Assembly: GCA_964427795.1 (NCBI GenBank)
Contig: CAYRWC010000001.1
Location: forward strand, 1 to 28,339
Length of the DNA stretch: 28,339 bases
DNA from: an uncultured Oscillospiraceae bacterium
GTDB taxonomy: Bacteria; Bacillota; Clostridia; Saccharofermentanales; UBA5734
Direction: 5' to 3'
The position numbers and the translations under genes were made by a program. Every line of letters starts with the position of its first letter. The stretch's first letter is position 1. Under the pieces are notes generated by a model, which saw only the letters and a list, made by a program, of their open reading frames with translations, was not told where the DNA came from and made no database searches. Positions 25,373 to 28,339 of this stretch are shown in pieces.

Positions 25373-26500
25373 ATGAGAAACGCAGTCCGGAAACTGTTCG
25401 CTCTCATACGCCGGGATCCGGTTTTGTCAATATCGGGTTTGCTTGCCATATTATCGGCTTTTCTTATTCCGCCGGACCGGGATTATCTGAGTTACATCGA
25501 TTATAAAGTACTCATTTGTTTATTTGCGTTGATGATCGCCGTCGAGCTTCTCCAGGAAGCCCGGCTTTTTTCTGCCGCCGCCGGCTTGCTGATCAACCGG
25601 GTGCATGGCCTGCGGCGGATGATGCTGGTTCTGACGGCTATGACTTTTCTATCGTCGATGATTTTAACCAATGATGTCGCTTTATTGACCTTTGTTCCTT
25701 TGACGCTGATCATCGGCCGCGTTCTCGATGATCGAAAAGCCTTGATACGTATGGTTGTTCTTCAAACGATTGCCGCCAATGCCGGCAGTATGCTGACACC
25801 GATCGGCAATCCGCAGAATCTTTATCTTTATGCGCACGGCGGCATGACTTGGACGGATTTTTGGTCTGCGGTCTGGCCTGTCGGCTTAGCCGGCGGTATT
25901 TTACTGGTCCTGTGCATCGCCGTCGCGCCGGATGCCAGTCTGCAAGCCAGGCTGCAAGCCGTATCCGTCCGCCGCGACCGCAATCTTGTTTTAAGTCTGC
26001 TCATTTTTCCTATGGCCGTAGCCTGCGTTTTCGGTTTATATTCCGAATGGCTGCTGCTGGCCGCTGTTTTGCTTCTGCTGCTGCCCTTGCAAAGAAAAGT
26101 ATTTTTACGCGCCGATTATGCGCTCTTGCTGACATTTGTGTTTTTCTTTGTTTTTATCGGCAATATCAGCCGCCTGCCTATGCTCCGGGACGCGGCTGTT
26201 CATTTGTTGAACAGCCCGCGCCGGGTTATCTTGGCGGGAAGCTTGCTCAGCCAGGTCATCAGCAATGTTCCTGCCGCTATTCTGTTATCCGGTTTTACCG
26301 GTTATTGGCGCGAATTACTTCGCGGTGTTGATGTCGGCGGCTGCGGTACTTTGATCGCTTCTCTGGCCAGCGTGATTTCCTGGCGTCTTTTCAGCCGGGA
26401 AGAAACGGCGCCTCAGATCAGATCACGCTATCTGGCTGTATTCGGCGGTTATAATCTGATCTTCCTGGCCGTTTTACTGGCTGTGGCGCTGCTGTTTTAA
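25373..26500 (+). CDS. SLC13/ArsB-NhaD (IT superfamily) anion permease
   Basis: SMILTNDVAL.TFVP, AANAGSMLTPIGNPQNLYL, SQVISNVPA, DVGG.GTLIASLAS. Confidence 0.9.
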   Translation: MRNAVRKLFALIRRDPVLSISGLLAILSAFLIPPDRDYLSYIDYKVLICLFALMIAVELLQEARLFSAAAGLLINRVHGLRRMMLVLTAMTFLSSMILTNDVALLTFVPLTLIIGRVLDDRKALIRMVVLQTIAANAGSMLTPIGNPQNLYLYAHGGMTWTDFWSAVWPVGLAGGILLVLCIAVAPDASLQARLQAVSVRRDRNLVLSLLIFPMAVACVFGLYSEWLLLAAVLLLLLPLQRKVFLRADYALLLTFVFFFVFIGNISRLPMLRDAAVHLLNSPRRVILAGSLLSQVISNVPAAILLSGFTGYWRELLRGVDVGGCGTLIASLASVISWRLFSREETAPQIRSRYLAVFGGYNLIFLAVLLAVALLF

Positions 26501-28339
26501 TCAAATATTGAACAACATATCGCTGTATGAAGGAAGCGGCCAGTCTTTTGCCCCGACCAGGACTTCCAGATTGTCACTGTCCTGACGCAGCAGGCTCATG
26601 GTTGTGAAAACCTGGTCGCGGTAAGCTTCCGCCTGTTTGACGCTATTTTCACGCAGAGCCGAGGCGGCTTCGACCACTGTTTCCAATTGACGGAGATCCT
26701 TATTCAAGGATAACAGGAGACCGGATAGTTCGTTAAGCATTTCGCGTTCCACCTGAACGTCGCCCCGGGCTGCAGTAATATTGGCAATAGCCTGAGCCAG
26801 GCCGGATTTATAACGTATAACGGCCGGCAGAATCTGGCGCTTAACCATTTCTATCATGGTCAAAGCCTCGATATGGATGGTTTTACAGTAATTCTCATAG
26901 AGAATTTCGCAGCGGGAATCCATTTCTATCCGTGACAGGACGGCATGCTTTTCCATCAGCGCCAGGTTTTTTTCAGCCCGGATGGCGGCGATGGCATCGA
27001 CGGTGTTGCGGATATTCGGCAAGCCGCGGCGTTCGGCTTCCGCGATCCAGTCTTCGCAATAGCCGTTGCCGTTGAAAATAATCCGTTTATTATTCTTGAT
27101 CACATCGAGGATGATCGCCGATATCTCATCGGATAATTGATCGGCTTTTTCCAACCGGTCGGCGAACCGGCATAATTCTTCGGCAACAATGGTATTGAGG
27201 GTGAAGTTGCATTGGGCGATAGACTGAGATGAACCAACCATGCGGAATTCAAATTTGTTGCCGGTGAAAGCAAACGGCGACGTGCGGTTGCGGTCGGTGC
27301 TGTCTTTGAATAAATTGGGCAGACTGGAAGTCCCCAGACATAAGGTGCCGCAGCATTTGCTGCTGGTAGCGCTGCCGTTCTCCATTTGTTCGAAGATGTC
27401 GGTCAGCTGATCGCCGAGAAAAATCGAGATGATAGCCGGAGGCGCCTCGTTCGCTCCGAGACGATGGTCATTGCCCGGACTGGCCGCCGAAACACGAAGC
27501 AAGTCGGCATATTCGTCAACAGCTTTGATAATGGCACATAAAAAAAGCAGAAATTGTTGGTTCTCATGCGGCGTGACGCCGGGTTCCAATAGATTTTGCC
27601 CGTCGTTGGCACTCATCGACCAATTGTTGTGTTTGCCGGAACCGTTGACGCCGGCAAAGGGTTTTTCATGCAGAAGGCAGACCAGGCCATGTCGTAAAGC
27701 GACCTTGCGCATTGTTTCCATCGTCAGCTGATTGTGATCGGTCGCAATATTGGTCGTCGTGTAGATCGGCGCCAGTTCATGCTGCGCCGGCGCCACTTCG
27801 TTATGCTTGGTTTTTGCTGAAACGCCCATCTTCCAAAGTTCGCTGTCCAAATCGGACATATAAGCCGCTACCCGATCTTTCAGCTGTCCGAAATAGTGGT
27901 CTTCCAGATCCTGGCCTTTGGGCGGCTTGGCGCCGAATAGGGTGCGTCCCGTCAGGATCAGATCCTTGCGTTGGTCGTAGAGTTTTTTATCGATCAGGAA
28001 ATATTCCTGCTCCGGCCCGACCGTCGTGGTTACATGGGTGGCCGAGGTATTACCGAGCAGGCGCAGAATGCGCATCGCTTGCTTATTGAGGGCGTCCATC
28101 GACCGCAAGAGCGGCGTTTTCTTGTCCAGCGCTTCACCGGTATAAGAACAGAAAGCGGTAGGGATGTAGAGCGAATTCTCTTTGACAAAAGCCGGCGATG
28201 TACAGTCCCAGGCCGTATAGCCGCGAGCTTCGAAAGTGGCGCGCAAACCGCCGGAAGGGAAGGAAGAGGCATCCGGCTCGCCTTTGATCAGTTCCTTGCC
28301 GGAAAATTCCATGATGACTTTCCCGTCGGGCGTCGGGGA
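26501..28339 (-). CDS. glnA: Glutamine synthetase type III, 5'-truncated by the window edge
   Basis: The frame stays open to the edge (SPTPDGKVI before M at 28312). Motifs [72 protein letters not shown]. Confidence 0.97.
   Translation of the reverse strand, partial: SPTPDGKVIMEFSGKELIKGEPDASSFPSGGLRATFEARGYTAWDCTSPAFVKENSLYIPTAFCSYTGEALDKKTPLLRSMDALNKQAMRILRLLGNTSATHVTTTVGPEQEYFLIDKKLYDQRKDLILTGRTLFGAKPPKGQDLEDHYFGQLKDRVAAYMSDLDSELWKMGVSAKTKHNEVAPAQHELAPIYTTTNIATDHNQLTMETMRKVALRHGLVCLLHEKPFAGVNGSGKHNNWSMSANDGQNLLEPGVTPHENQQFLLFLCAIIKAVDEYADLLRVSAASPGNDHRLGANEAPPAIISIFLGDQLTDIFEQMENGSATSSKCCGTLCLGTSSLPNLFKDSTDRNRTSPFAFTGNKFEFRMVGSSQSIAQCNFTLNTIVAEELCRFADRLEKADQLSDEISAIILDVIKNNKRIIFNGNGYCEDWIAEAERRGLPNIRNTVDAIAAIRAEKNLALMEKHAVLSRIEMDSRCEILYENYCKTIHIEALTMIEMVKRQILPAVIRYKSGLAQAIANITAARGDVQVEREMLNELSGLLLSLNKDLRQLETVVEAASALRENSVKQAEAYRDQVFTTMSLLRQDSDNLEVLVGAKDWPLPSYSDMLFNI

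Noticed and set aside
1-28339. CRISPR arrays, IS elements, prophage or defence genes, rRNA, tRNA
   Set aside because: No spaced direct repeats, transposase or integrase motifs, or structural RNA signatures were seen by eye.

Overview
A 28.3 kb chromosomal window from a moderately GC-rich Firmicute, probably Clostridia (inferred from the T-box, SigA-type promoters, buk/ptb, type III glutamine synthetase and a CD3324-family gene). I saw no mobile element, CRISPR array, rRNA or tRNA. Gene order: partial pyk, hypothetical, CD3324-family HTH, MFS, hflK-hflC, C39-like peptidase, thpR, GntR/LacI regulator with a UroD-fold enzyme and GH38 alpha-mannosidase, deoC, a Met T-box ahead of a co-directional run metG(MetRS2)-transglutaminase lipoprotein-buk-ptb-ilvN-like, XRE-cupin/azlC-azlD, a heterodimeric ABC exporter, an HD protein, an SLC13/ArsB permease and partial GSIII. 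Best candidates for undescribed biology: (i) an orphan IlvN paralogue with a rewritten effector pocket, translationally coupled to buk-ptb and next to azlCD; (ii) a stand-alone, non-heme UroD-fold metalloenzyme coupled to a GH38 mannosidase; (iii) a putative uORF/terminator attenuator ahead of the CD3324 gene; (iv) a Met-rich uORF ahead of thpR. All product calls come from motifs read by eye; no database search was run.
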